DNA from: a virus
Lineage: Duplodnaviria > Caudoviricetes
IMG/VR virus record: IMGVR_UViG_3300032212_000688
Location: 1-44,142 of that record
Reading direction: 5' to 3' (one strand)
DNA length: 44,142 nt
This document shows, piece after piece, positions 1 to 9,834 of the stretch. The notes below the pieces were generated by a model. The model ran no database searches. It had not been told where the DNA came from and saw only the letters and a list, made by a program, of their open reading frames with translations. Made by a program: the position numbers and the translations under genes. Within the stretch, counting starts at the first letter, position 1. The number at the start of each line of letters is the position of its first letter.

Positions 1-558
1 TTAAACGCTCACGCCCTGGGCCTTCATTAGGCGCGCAACCTGCCGTTTAGATAGGTCTTCTCCTAGATCTTTTTTCACTCGGCGCTGTATTTCTGCCGCT
101 TTGTGCGATAAGGAAAGGTCTTCAATGTATCTATTTCGTTGATATCGCTTTAATTCCCTGAAGTTATGTATGGTAAAACCTCGGCGAGATTCTTCATCGA
201 GGCTTTCATCTAAAACGCTCCATACCTCCACGAATTTTTCATAGCCGATCAGCTTGGCCACTGCCAACCATCTGGCGTGTAAGCCTATTCGGTGTAATTC
301 ATCAATTCGCGGGTCGATTTTTTCACCCCCCTTTAATAGGGGGTCTAAAGTAGTGCAATTATCTAGGTACCCACCCCCCCCTGCAGGGAGGGCCGTTTCT
401 CTATGCCGACCCCCCACCCCCTGTTCCCTGGTCCCTTCTGAATCGATGACAGGGCTGAATCTAGGACCTGTGGTGCTCATTCCTGCTGTATCACTGCGCA
501 TATCTTCGGACATGATCAACGTAACCTCCTGATTGATATGGTGGGCAAGGTGTGACAA
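1..558 (-). CDS. Mor/C-like late transcription activator (start uncertain)
   Basis: C-terminal RNRYI...EDLSKRQVARLMK resembles the Mor/C HTH; it ends the early operon. Confidence 0.55.
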   Translation of the reverse strand: MSHLAHHINQEVTLIMSEDMRSDTAGMSTTGPRFSPVIDSEGTREQGVGGRHRETALPAGGGGYLDNCTTLDPLLKGGEKIDPRIDELHRIGLHARWLAVAKLIGYEKFVEVWSVLDESLDEESRRGFTIHNFRELKRYQRNRYIEDLSLSHKAAEIQRRVKKDLGEDLSKRQVARLMKAQGVSV

Positions 559-584
559 CTGCGCCTTTGTATATAAAGCGCAGT
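558..584. promoter_or_regulatory. Imperfect dyad ACTGCGCCTTT-GTATA-TAAAGCGCAGT (operator or recombinase site)
   Basis: 9/11 inverted arms; one arm recurs at 3720-3733. Confidence 0.4.
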
Positions 585-732
585 AATGGTTTGTTTTGAG
601 TTAGGCCGTTTCTAAAGGGAGTTCTAGGGGGCACCGGGCACCTCTCAGAACGTAGACACAACAAGGGTTGGGGGTAAACCGTAACCCCAGACAATGTAAG
701 TTCTAAGCGCCTGCCTGATCCGAGAAAGGGCG

Positions 733-1749
733 TCATGATCTTTTTTCTAATATTTCACGAATGCCAGTCACCGGCGTGCGGATCTTAGCTAGAGGGTTAG
801 ACTTATCAACTACTCTTGAAAGCCGGCGTAAGGCAAGCTGGGTGTATATCGCCAGGGTATTAGCATCGGCATGCCCCATCAGCTTTTGGCGAGTGATGAT
901 GTCCACGTCGTCCTCAGCCATCTCAGTGCCATACATATGACGGGCGGCATGGGCGTGCAATCGCTCCTCAGACACCCCAACAGCCCGGCCATACTTCTTG
1001 ATCATGTCATCAACAGACCGAGAAGATATCCGCCGAGCCTCACCATAATACTCGTGCTCAGGGATCGACCTATTCCGAACCGACACAAACAGCACCCGAT
1101 CGCCATTAACTAAGGCGCGATCGATGCCTTTCAGCTCCTTATGGCCAAGATAAGCCCGGATCAAAAACATCACATCATCAGGGGCAGGCACCAAACGCTC
1201 ATGATCCCCCTTCTCTTTCACCTTAATGGCCAGCCGATCACGACAAAAATCATCCTGATAAAAGCACAAGTTCGACTCATTCAGCCCCACCAGGCCCGCC
1301 ATCCTCAGCCCGGTACCGAACAACGTCGCCAGTAACGCCGCATCACGCACCCCAGTAAATGTATCGAGATCAGGCTGCATTAATATTTTTTCGGCATCGC
1401 TGATCATCATCACCGACGGCAACGCTCGACCAGAACGTGGATACTCCAACCGCTCAGCTGGAGAATCAGAGCTCAAGCCGTTATCCCTAGCCCAACCATA
1501 AAAACCACGCACACAAGCCACCAACGGCCGGCGCGCTCGAGGTGTCAGTTTCAGATCTTTATGAGCAAACTCACCAGTGAAATGCCGCAGATCATCATAT
1601 GAAGCCGACAGCAACGAACAGCCTCGACCAGAAAGAAAAGTCATCAGGCGCAACAAGTAAAGCCTATACTTATTTGCGGTCCCTTCTGCTCGCCCCTGGT
1701 TGTACAACTTCCACTCCAACCAGGCCTCTATCAGCTCAATATCAGACAA
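733..1749 (-). CDS. Tyrosine recombinase (XerC/D-like, full length)
   Basis: N-terminal SAM-like domain; catalytic R (GTGLR), K, HAARH, MGH and Y (AIYT); probable TTG start after GGAGGAG. Confidence 0.9.
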   Translation of the reverse strand: MSDIELIEAWLEWKLYNQGRAEGTANKYRLYLLRLMTFLSGRGCSLLSASYDDLRHFTGEFAHKDLKLTPRARRPLVACVRGFYGWARDNGLSSDSPAERLEYPRSGRALPSVMMISDAEKILMQPDLDTFTGVRDAALLATLFGTGLRMAGLVGLNESNLCFYQDDFCRDRLAIKVKEKGDHERLVPAPDDVMFLIRAYLGHKELKGIDRALVNGDRVLFVSVRNRSIPEHEYYGEARRISSRSVDDMIKKYGRAVGVSEERLHAHAARHMYGTEMAEDDVDIITRQKLMGHADANTLAIYTQLALRRLSRVVDKSNPLAKIRTPVTGIREILEKRS

Positions 1750-1784
1750 AAAACCAGCTCCTCCAAAGCAAGGCCGGGCAAAAC

Positions 1785-2160
1785 AAACCGCGCACCCGCG
1801 CACCTCATGAATTATAGCCGTAAATCATTGATTATTCATGTTTTCATGTATTAGCAAGATTGCGCCGAAAACCCGCGCACCCAATCTCAAACCGCGCACC
1901 ACAGTAAATAAGAAAACACTAAACCCGCTCACCCCACACAGCCGCATTTCTTTTTTTAAAGCCCTATATTCTTCTTTCTTTTTAATTAATTAAGAGAGAG
2001 AGAGAGAAAGAGCGCGAAAAACGTCAAATATCTAACATGCGCAGCAAAACAGGCAAACCGCGCAAAAAAATACCAAAACAGCGCAAACAAGAAGCAAAAC
2101 CGTCAAAAAAACTGCTCAAACCTCAACGACTTAGCAAAAAAAAGACACTACTGCGCAAGT
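1785..2160. repeat. Iteron-like CCGCGCA repeats with an AT-rich/(GA)n tract; candidate replication origin
   Basis: About 9 exact or near copies in a non-coding, A-rich interval. Confidence 0.5.
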
Positions 2161-2380
2161 TAGCCGAGTTGCCACCCCCTACCTTTTCAGCAAGGTTTAG
2201 CCGGGAATCACGCTTTTTGTGATTTCTGGCGATCTCAAGGCCGGGCCTACTTGTTGGGGGTCGGGGGGATGTGCATATAGAAGTAGGCACCCGCTAACCA
2301 TTAACCCAACAAAAATGGGCCGCAATAGCGGCCCATACAGCGTAAAAAGTAAGGTTTTATGAATAAGACAACAACAAACC

Positions 2381-2950
2381 TCAATCAAGGACTAAATCAG
2401 GCCCAGGCTTAAACCGCTGTAGGCTCTGCCTAAGCATCGATGTCATCATATCCATGTTGTTTACCGCCTCATGAATAGCCTGTGAGCTTTCCTCTATACT
2501 GTTGATATAGCTATCTAACTCACTGACATCGATAGGATAAACATCCCCAGAGTGGATCTCCTTCACCGTCCTGGAGATATAGTCGGCCATCTTCACCAGG
2601 TTGCTAGGCATGCGCTGTTCCGTCAGCAGCTTAGCCTCCATCTGGTTAAACGCCTCGATGTAAGCCACCTTAAACTGGGCCGCATTCTTGCCAGTGAAGC
2701 CCATGGCCAGAAACACAAAACCATCCCGTGTCATCTCGACCATAGGCTGATTCTTGCTCTGCTCATTGGAATAAGAGGACTCCGCAAAATTGCGGAGTCG
2801 AAACTCTGGCGGGCAATCAAGTTGTTTAATACCCCTTAGAACCGTGTCGTGGCGCTTATCAAAAAACTCAGCCACATCTCTGGACGTGGTTTTAACCTTT
2901 CCCTCAATAATGGACAAGTGAGGGTGTTTTGCTATTATCTGTGCTGTCAT
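2381..2950 (-). CDS. Rha family phage regulatory/antirepressor protein
   Basis: TTSRDVAEFFDKRHDTVLR...MTRDGFVFLAMGFTGKNAAQFKVAYIEAFNQME is the Rha signature. Confidence 0.92.
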   Translation of the reverse strand: MTAQIIAKHPHLSIIEGKVKTTSRDVAEFFDKRHDTVLRGIKQLDCPPEFRLRNFAESSYSNEQSKNQPMVEMTRDGFVFLAMGFTGKNAAQFKVAYIEAFNQMEAKLLTEQRMPSNLVKMADYISRTVKEIHSGDVYPIDVSELDSYINSIEESSQAIHEAVNNMDMMTSMLRQSLQRFKPGPDLVLD

Positions 2951-3007
2951 GGATTTAATCCTTTAGTTGAAGTGACAAAAGCCCCGGTGCGCGAACACCG
3001 GGGCACC

Positions 3008-3217
3008 TTATCGCCCTCTCGGGCAATAAACAGAATCCCCCGCCAACCGCTCCATCCGATCGATAGAACGCAGCAACGCCTGGCTCTCGTCGAGGCCAAT
3101 GCCGTTGTCAATGCAGAGTTGAAACAAGGGGTAAAAGTCTTGCTGAACACGTCCAGCCTGGCGCTGAAGTGGGTTTTCTATTGATATGGGCGCTGGCCTA
3201 TTCATGGCCATCACCAA
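3008..3217 (-). CDS. Hypothetical protein
   Basis: ORF overlapping the upstream gene in the C4-controlled operon. Confidence 0.5.
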   Translation of the reverse strand: MVMAMNRPAPISIENPLQRQAGRVQQDFYPLFQLCIDNGIGLDESQALLRSIDRMERLAGDSVYCPRGR

Positions 3218-3482
3218 AATCTTTGTCTTTAGCTACAGTTCTATTATTAACATCATATGAAAAGAAAAGGACTTGAGATGTCATCTCTTTACGAATCGCA
3301 TCCGCTTCTTTGGCCAGCTCATTAATCGACAACAATATTGCCCTTCCTTCGTCGCTTAATGATTCTTCCTGTTTGAGTAGATAGGTAATTTCATTCTTTA
3401 TGGAACATAGACACGCCGACACATGGCGGCTTGAGTGTCCATAAGTGCGAAATGAAGCGTAGTTTTCGTATACTGATCCCAT
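3198..3482 (-). CDS. Hypothetical protein (first gene after the C4 RNA)
   Basis: GAGGA RBS before ATG at 3482. Confidence 0.6.
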   Translation of the reverse strand: MGSVYENYASFRTYGHSSRHVSACLCSIKNEITYLLKQEESLSDEGRAILLSINELAKEADAIRKEMTSQVLFFSYDVNNRTVAKDKDFGDGHE

Positions 3483-3537
3483 GGTGGATTCCTCTGGTTG
3501 GCTGTTATTACCACCACCCACCGAGGTCAACCGGAAA

Positions 3538-3620
3538 AGGGTGGCGACACGCACAGGGTTGACCTTACCGCCCCAGAGAAGCGGCCCGGACGAACCGGCC
3601 CCATGCATGCCGCCATAAAC
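3538..3620 (-). ncRNA. C4-like antisense RNA (P1 c4 / P4 CI type)
   Basis: Cloverleaf-like TTTATGGCGGC...GTCGCCACCC; AGGUCAA is complementary to UUGACCUC targets at 3674-3681 and 3523-3530; overlapping Ash-like ORF; lies upstream of rha. Confidence 0.8.
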
Positions 3621-3712
3621 TGCGGGCACAAAAAAAGCGCGATTCGAGCGCGCTGGCGCTCTGGGTATTTCAGGAGGTCAATCCAGACGACTGATTTTGC
3701 AGTCGTAACGCG

Positions 3713-3741
3713 ACTATAGAACTGCGCTTTTGTTTTGTCAA
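3713..3741 (-). promoter_or_regulatory. Sigma70 promoter for the C4/Rha operon
   Basis: TTGACA-17 nt-TATAGT. Confidence 0.8.
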
Positions 3742-3959
3742 ACACGACATTCTGAGGTACGCTTCCATGAAGAAAACGACAGAGATAGCTAATATCTAAT
3801 TTTTGGGGGAAGAAGAATATGGGAAATCTCGTTTTTATTTTTTTGCACATCATGGCAGTAATATTCGGGTTTGTTTTTCTATTCATTACAGTCCCTGCCC
3901 ATCTCATTTATTTGGCTGTTTCGAGTAAAAAGTAAGATCATCCTGCAATAGCCCAAAGG

Positions 3960-4334
3960 ATGAGCTGGCCATTTGTTAGGGAAAATATGAATATTGAAGT
4001 ATTAAATGAACTTATAATAAACAACGATGAACAGTCGGATCATTACCGTAAATGCATCACACTTTTGGCCGTTCCTGCCACCGCCCACCAAGACATGGTT
4101 ATTCGGAAATATATCGAGACAGAGCGCATGGAAGACACGCTCATTTTTCTCACCACAGAAGGCATTAAAACGCCTGATGAGACCAAGTACACGCAATCCC
4201 ATCTCGCTGCATTGATAACTGATGGTCATAAAAATATTCCCGATGCTCTGTTGAGACTGTCTCGCGAAATATTGCTAAGCAACAAAAACAAAGCAAGCAC
4301 TAGAAACGCTTACGCAAAATCTCGGTTCAAGTAG
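3960..4334 (+). CDS. Hypothetical protein (moron-like, opposite strand)
   Basis: AT-rich ORF; likely start MNIEVL. Confidence 0.6.
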   Translation: MSWPFVRENMNIEVLNELIINNDEQSDHYRKCITLLAVPATAHQDMVIRKYIETERMEDTLIFLTTEGIKTPDETKYTQSHLAALITDGHKNIPDALLRLSREILLSNKNKASTRNAYAKSRFK

Positions 4335-4569
4335 CGTAAATAAATTCACTTCCTTTTTTGTCCTGATACACATACTCCCCCTCAACCAACCGATAGCTCA
4401 CCTGCAGATCAGGCCCCAGCGAAAGGTGATCCTCAATCGCCGGATCATCAATCGCAAACAACTGCCCCTCCACCTCAATAACAGGCAACAGATAATCCAC
4501 CTGGCCGTCAGTCTCAAACTCACGGCCGTTATAAGGACCACCTACAAACGGATAATTGACTAACACCAT
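4327..4569 (-). CDS. Hypothetical phage protein
   Basis: FVGGPYNG motif common in small phage proteins; overlaps the upstream gene. Confidence 0.65.
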   Translation of the reverse strand: MVLVNYPFVGGPYNGREFETDGQVDYLLPVIEVEGQLFAIDDPAIEDHLSLGPDLQVSYRLVEGEYVYQDKKGSEFIYAT

Positions 4570-4973
4570 CCCGCTCTATGTCCCCCACTATAAGGCCGCC
4601 CAAAACCAAACTTAATCAAAGACTGAGCCAAACTAACACCATCCACATACACCTCAGCCAACAAACGGAAATACTTACCCCGCTTAATATGTCTAAGTTC
4701 AATCCTTTTAGCCCCACGCAAAGCCTCAACAGTGAACTGCTTTGCCTTTTTTGCCATCACCTTCTCTGCATCACACTTACCCCTAATTTCAGGAGTGTCC
4801 ACGCCTAAAACCCTCACCGGCACACGCTCACCAACAATCGGCGGCCAAGCATCAATATTCACCCTGAAAGTGTCAGCATCATAAATGCTAGTCACCTCAT
4901 TAACTTTCACACTATCGGCATAAACAGCACTAGCAGAAACAAACAACAGCCAAATAACTATCAATCTCATCAC
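4560..4973 (-). CDS. Thermonuclease (SNase-like) with signal peptide
   Basis: YDADTF, VRVLGVDTPE, GKYFRLLAEVYVDG; hydrophobic N-terminus. Confidence 0.9.
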   Translation of the reverse strand: MMRLIVIWLLFVSASAVYADSVKVNEVTSIYDADTFRVNIDAWPPIVGERVPVRVLGVDTPEIRGKCDAEKVMAKKAKQFTVEALRGAKRIELRHIKRGKYFRLLAEVYVDGVSLAQSLIKFGFGRPYSGGHRAGWC

Positions 4974-5185
4974 CCACCCACCTCATCCCGATACCTCACC
5001 CACAACCCAATCATATAATCAGCCAGCCGACGCTTTTCCTCATCACTCATCGGCTGGTCAGCCCCCTTGTAATCAACCCCGACACCATCAAGCCGATTAT
5101 CATAACCACCAAACACAGCCAGATCCTCATCAATCCCGATCACACCGGCATACGCCAGGCGTTTAACATCCTCACACTTCAACAT
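4970..5185 (-). CDS. Hypothetical protein
   Basis: Translationally coupled ORF. Confidence 0.65.
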   Translation of the reverse strand: MLKCEDVKRLAYAGVIGIDEDLAVFGGYDNRLDGVGVDYKGADQPMSDEEKRRLADYMIGLWVRYRDEVGG

Positions 5186-7966
5186 CTAGGCCGACTCAGC
5201 CAACGGCGGCGCCGAGTCCGGCTCCAACACATGCAAGCCAAACTCAGCCAGGCGCTCAGCACTCAACGCCGTCGCATGCGTCTGCCGACGTTGCCCCGCG
5301 GTAAAACTAATATCGTCTTTCAAGATAACGCCAGCCTGTTTCAGCTGCTGTTTTAAAATCCTCGGCGTCTTCACACTCAGCGCATCCCACACCGGCCGCA
5401 AGCCCGACTCAGTGCGGATATGATGCATGATATCCCGCGGCATAATGCCAAGATACAACGTCCCCTCCTCGTCCCTGGTGATCTCATAGGGCGAGTGAAA
5501 CTTACCCCGCGATATCTCGCTCAGAATGACCTCGATAATATGCACCCACGGTTCACGGTCGCCACTGGTCTCAGAGATATGATCATTCATCTCCATAATC
5601 AAATCATGCACCAGGCCACCGTAATTGCTAGGCAGACCGGCAAACTCACATAGCAGCTGCCAGGCCGTCAGCATCGCCGCATAATTCTCAACCATACGCT
5701 TAGCGCCGGCATCCTTACCGGTGGCCCGGCACTTGCCCTGGCAATATTCCAAGTTGCTAGTATTCATCTGCTTAACTTCCGCACGGCTATGCTTGGCCAA
5801 AAACTGCAGCCACTCTCGCAGAGGAAACCGCGGCAGATCCTCGGGGATCAGCTCGCCCTGGTTATCCAACTTCAAACTAGCCCGCACCAGCTTGCCGGTA
5901 ATACCCGCCACCGGCACATCCTCACCCGCCAACAACACCGGCGCCGCCAACACATACTCGGTCATGTCCGAGCCACGCTTGGTCACCGTGTACTGGTACG
6001 ACTCCTGCAGCATCGCCACCGCCTTATCGATCACATCCTGGCGCCTGGCTGAGATCTCTTCCCACCCCACCGGATGGCTAGTAGCACTGATCGACGTTAA
6101 CAGCCTGAACTCAGTCTGCAGCGACTGGCCCGAAAACATCGTCATTGCAATCGACCGCTCGAGTCGCTTAATCACCGTCGACTTACCCGTGCCCTTTTCC
6201 GCCTGCAGTTGAAAATGAGGCCACTTGCCAAGCAACACCTTCATATGAGCCCCCACACTCCATAACAGCAGCAACATGGCAGCATTACCCCTAAAGGTCG
6301 CCTGATAGGCATCAACCACGCGGCGCGCACTCTCAGGGGAGCCCGAGGGGAAGGTCAGATTATGGTACGGACATTGCTGATCAGGGTTCTGAAAATAACA
6401 ATCAGGCCCCTCGTTCATAATCAACTTGCCACCACTCCAACACAAACCAACAAAGTTCACCGCCTCACGCGCCCCAAGATCAGACGAGCGCTCCAGAATC
6501 GACAGCATCCGGCTAAACTGGCTCGGCGCAAACACCGGGCCGAACTTTTTCCACTGATCAACATTATGCAGCGACTCATCATCAAACACCTTACGCACCA
6601 GCTCGGCCTTATGCCGTGGCGTCTGCACCGAGGCAGAAAATAAACGCTTAGGCTGTGAATCCTTTTCCCCCGTCATGGTGCTGGTCGCGCCGGCAATCGT
6701 TACCCGTGAAATGCCGGCAACACGAAAGCCACACAGATCAGAAAAATCATATGTATCAGCGCCGCCATCATCATCTTTATTAATCTTTGAAATATAAGTG
6801 GTAAAGTCCGGCTTAGCCCGATACAGCCAATACTTACCAAAATCATGCGCCGGCAAAAACATGCGGCTCTTACCCAACCTAGGCCGATCCTGCATATCCT
6901 TACTCCCCCCGGGCAGACCAGGGATAACCCACTGCTCCAGATACTTGAGTTTATGTTTTAAGTCCTTGGCGCCAACATCCTTGAGAATATCGTTCACATC
7001 GTTATAGGGCACATCCAACAAACCCCAGTGATCCCAATCCACCATCAACGCCGAAATATTCAAAGCCGTGCAACGCTCATGTAACACCCAAGACGCCTTG
7101 GCCCCAGGCCGATCGCCCTTCTCATTCGGCTCATCGTTATCCATGCACAAAATCACCTGTTTACCTATAAACGGATGCAGATCGATGTTCTCAGCATTAC
7201 CGGTACCAAGAATCGAAACAGCCGCAACACCCGGCATATTGCAACACTCAATCGACAGCGCATTAATCGACGACTCAACCAAATAAATCGTATGAGCCCG
7301 CCTCAGCTTATTGATGTCAGGCGTCCAAAAAGTCTTATCCTTTTCACCCTGGCACTGCGTCTTAACCCCACCATTCAACTCCACATCCAGATAACGCATA
7401 TCCACCGCCATAACCTGCTTAGTGGTCGGATTCTTACAGATAAACGCCACCGCCGGCCCACCATGCAACGGCTTATTAGGTGGCACCTTAGGGCTGGTCC
7501 AGGTGTTAAACCCGACTGACTTGGCTTTCACCGCAGCCTCGGCCACCTCCTTTGTGATACCACGCTCATCCACCAGATACTTAATAGCCAGGTCGGTATT
7601 ATCCAAACACTTAGCCGCCACCCACTCGGCCGTGGTCTTTTTCTTTTGCGGCTGATCCTTATCACGACCCGGAAACTGAAAACCAATCTGATCAGCCACA
7701 TACTTTAACGCCGGCCCAGGCTCTAAACCCTGCACAGTATGCACAAAATTAAACACATCACCCTTAGCACCACATGAATAACAATTGAAACTCACGAAGT
7801 CCGGGCCAGTAATCGAAAAACAATCGTTATGGCTGCAGCACGGCGCCGGATTAACAAAATAAGACTTACCACGCTTTTGCGGCGTAGTGCCCGAATAACG
7901 CTCAATAAAATCGACCAGATCAACCCGACCCTTCACCTCAGCAAACAGTTGTTTATTTTCGGACAC
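5186..7966 (-). CDS. DNA primase/helicase (CHC2-like zinc finger, TOPRIM, P-loop domain)
   Basis: N-terminal Cys/His cluster with CYSC and GDVF; LVESSINALS and MDND (TOPRIM); AEKGTGKS Walker A. Confidence 0.88.
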   Translation of the reverse strand: MSENKQLFAEVKGRVDLVDFIERYSGTTPQKRGKSYFVNPAPCCSHNDCFSITGPDFVSFNCYSCGAKGDVFNFVHTVQGLEPGPALKYVADQIGFQFPGRDKDQPQKKKTTAEWVAAKCLDNTDLAIKYLVDERGITKEVAEAAVKAKSVGFNTWTSPKVPPNKPLHGGPAVAFICKNPTTKQVMAVDMRYLDVELNGGVKTQCQGEKDKTFWTPDINKLRRAHTIYLVESSINALSIECCNMPGVAAVSILGTGNAENIDLHPFIGKQVILCMDNDEPNEKGDRPGAKASWVLHERCTALNISALMVDWDHWGLLDVPYNDVNDILKDVGAKDLKHKLKYLEQWVIPGLPGGSKDMQDRPRLGKSRMFLPAHDFGKYWLYRAKPDFTTYISKINKDDDGGADTYDFSDLCGFRVAGISRVTIAGATSTMTGEKDSQPKRLFSASVQTPRHKAELVRKVFDDESLHNVDQWKKFGPVFAPSQFSRMLSILERSSDLGAREAVNFVGLCWSGGKLIMNEGPDCYFQNPDQQCPYHNLTFPSGSPESARRVVDAYQATFRGNAAMLLLLWSVGAHMKVLLGKWPHFQLQAEKGTGKSTVIKRLERSIAMTMFSGQSLQTEFRLLTSISATSHPVGWEEISARRQDVIDKAVAMLQESYQYTVTKRGSDMTEYVLAAPVLLAGEDVPVAGITGKLVRASLKLDNQGELIPEDLPRFPLREWLQFLAKHSRAEVKQMNTSNLEYCQGKCRATGKDAGAKRMVENYAAMLTAWQLLCEFAGLPSNYGGLVHDLIMEMNDHISETSGDREPWVHIIEVILSEISRGKFHSPYEITRDEEGTLYLGIMPRDIMHHIRTESGLRPVWDALSVKTPRILKQQLKQAGVILKDDISFTAGQRRQTHATALSAERLAEFGLHVLEPDSAPPLAESA

Positions 7967-8086
7967 CCTAAAACTCCCCAGGTTAATTATTAAAATCGTT
8001 TTTATTAAATGCTTATCACGTAAATCAAGAGCTATGTACTCGGGTACTTATGTTTCAATATGACGCAATGTTTTACGTCATTGTGA

Positions 8087-8105
8087 GGTCTACACACTGT
8101 TATGT
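8087..8105 (+). other. attI-like simple site opening the cassette array
   Basis: GGTCTAC-ACACT-GTTATGT (7-5-7); no upstream RYYYAAC arm. Confidence 0.5.
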
Positions 8106-8106
8106 A

Positions 8107-8472
8107 TCAACGGTGGTTCCATTGATATCCGCACGCATGGCATATCTCAAATTCCTGTTCCGGTATCATGTTATGGCCGCCAGCAGCACCAGTTTCCCAG
8201 TCACCACTTTTACATTTTGGGCACACCGCTTTAATAATTCTATGGGTATCAATCCAATATTTACCGGATTTTCCCAGAACCCTTATTTTCATTTCATACG
8301 GAGAGTGGCCCCATACTTGTGCTTCACGCTTTTCTAACCCGTGAGAGAAAATAATTTTCACTCCAAGCGGGTAAGCTTCAGCAACCTTTTTAATTGCTCT
8401 TTGTTTTAGTTTTTTCATTTCTGTTTCAAGTTCAGTAAATGATAAATGCTCTATTGCTACGTTTCCGCTCAT
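8107..8472 (-). CDS. Cassette 1 hypothetical protein with C-terminal zinc ribbon
   Basis: CPKC...CHAC; lies between cores GTTATGTA and TACATAAC. Confidence 0.7.
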   Translation of the reverse strand: MSGNVAIEHLSFTELETEMKKLKQRAIKKVAEAYPLGVKIIFSHGLEKREAQVWGHSPYEMKIRVLGKSGKYWIDTHRIIKAVCPKCKSGDWETGAAGGHNMIPEQEFEICHACGYQWNHR

Positions 8473-8498
8473 CTGCTCATCTCCGTAGTAGGGTTGCT

Positions 8499-8631
8499 AC
8501 ATAACAAGCGCAATTAACAAAAGGACTTGCTACCGCGTTGCTAAATTCAGCTTCTTCTATTCGTTCAACTGTTGCAGTATTTGCAACAGTTCACTTCGTT
8601 GTCCGCAAGCCTGTTATTGCGAACGTTGTAC
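8499..8631 (+). repeat. attC-like site 1
   Basis: ACATAAC-AAGCG-CAATTAAC...GTTATTG-CGAAC-GTTGTAC; extra base in the left L box. Confidence 0.85.
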
Positions 8632-8711
8632 CGCGCTCTAGTTCAGTGCGGCCCATAGTTATTAAAATCGTGCTCACATCCCCGAACACCGGCTGCGCCC
8701 GTGTTCTCCAG

Positions 8712-9560
8712 TTACTCGCATAGCCCAAATTTCGATTCGCATGATGGGCGCTCTTCCATAATATGGATTATGTCCTGCTGTCGTCCGCCTCGGCTGGTTG
8801 TACTCCATTCAAGAACATCGTCAATTTTATTTATTGCCATGCCGGGCACCATTGGTGCAAAAAATGTTCTTTTGCTGAGAGTTTCGTATTCTCTGATTTT
8901 CTCTATCATTTCAGGAAAGCGATCAGCCCATAATCGAATGTCGTCTTTTCCTGAGTTGATGCATGGGGCGCAACCAACGCGCCCGAAGCCTAGCTTATAG
9001 AGCGGGTTAAACTCTTCTCCGTGAGCTTCAACATAGTCAAAGCACATTTTCTTGGTCCAATCAGCAAGAGGATTATTAACGTAGCAATCAAAGTAGTCGC
9101 ACCAATCGCGAAACGGGGTGTTCTTTCGCTTGTCTGATTCATCGCGCCTTACGCCGGTATAGCGTTCATAGTCGCTATCGATGTTTTCCTCTACCCAACG
9201 TTTTTGTGGTCGTAGCTTTAAAATTTCAGTGCAGAATTGAGCGCGTCTTGAAGGCCACCTTCCTTTGATTTTCGACATCTCAAGAAAAGTTAATTCGTCA
9301 TTGCTATTAAATCCTTTTGTTTCTGCAAACCCTTCTGTCTTCCAAAGATCGGCGTAGATGGCTGTAACACACGTCACAGGGAAAACGTTTTCAGAGTAAT
9401 CGGCTATAAATTGCTCTGTTATGGGGCTTTCGTTACGACCGGCATTAGAGTTCAGAAGTATTATCTCATCGTCTGGAAAGTGTTTTCGCACCCAGAGCGC
9501 ACAGGCTTGGGAGTCAATCCCGCCTGAGAATCCAACAATGTGTACTGTTTTATCTTTCAT
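8712..9560 (-). CDS. Cassette 2 PAPS-reductase-family protein
   Basis: FSGGIDS PP-loop, GVRRDES, NPLADW, GFGRVGCAPC. Confidence 0.88.
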   Translation of the reverse strand: MKDKTVHIVGFSGGIDSQACALWVRKHFPDDEIILLNSNAGRNESPITEQFIADYSENVFPVTCVTAIYADLWKTEGFAETKGFNSNDELTFLEMSKIKGRWPSRRAQFCTEILKLRPQKRWVEENIDSDYERYTGVRRDESDKRKNTPFRDWCDYFDCYVNNPLADWTKKMCFDYVEAHGEEFNPLYKLGFGRVGCAPCINSGKDDIRLWADRFPEMIEKIREYETLSKRTFFAPMVPGMAINKIDDVLEWSTTSRGGRQQDIIHIMEERPSCESKFGLCE

Positions 9561-9599
9561 TATTAAAAAACCTCTTAGCGTCTGGGCTGGTGCGGCGCG

Positions 9600-9681
9600 G
9601 TACAACAAGCGCAATCTACAGCGACCAACTAACGCGGCGCTTCGCTCTGCGATAGTCGGCGCGTAATTGCGAACGTTAGGC
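9600..9681 (+). repeat. attC-like site 2
   Basis: GTACAAC-AAGCG-CAATCTAC...GTAATTG-CGAAC-GTTAGGC. Confidence 0.85.
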
Positions 9682-9825
9682 GTTAGTTGTCATTAACTTC
9701 TCTTTCTTGAATACGGGAATAAACAGAACCCACCATGTGGTTACTAAAACCCGAGCTGCACAGCTCCTCCCGTTCGTATAATTTAAAGTGCGTTGCGTCA
9801 TCTTTGTGCTATTCCAAATAATCAT
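9676..9825 (-). CDS. Cassette 3 small protein (49 aa, MIIWNSTK...WWVLFIPVFKKEKLMTTNA); not in the ORF track
   Basis: GAGGA RBS; TAA stop inside the core of attC-like site 2. Confidence 0.65.
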   Translation of the reverse strand: MIIWNSTKMTQRTLNYTNGRSCAARVLVTTWWVLFIPVFKKEKLMTTNA

Positions 9826-9834
9826 TTCTAATCC

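Noticed and set aside
733-1749. Integron integrase IntI
   Set aside because: It has a short insertion but no recognisable IntI patch, and it is not adjacent to the attI-like site
8712-9560. Dnd/Ssp phosphorothioation system
   Set aside because: No partner genes in the window
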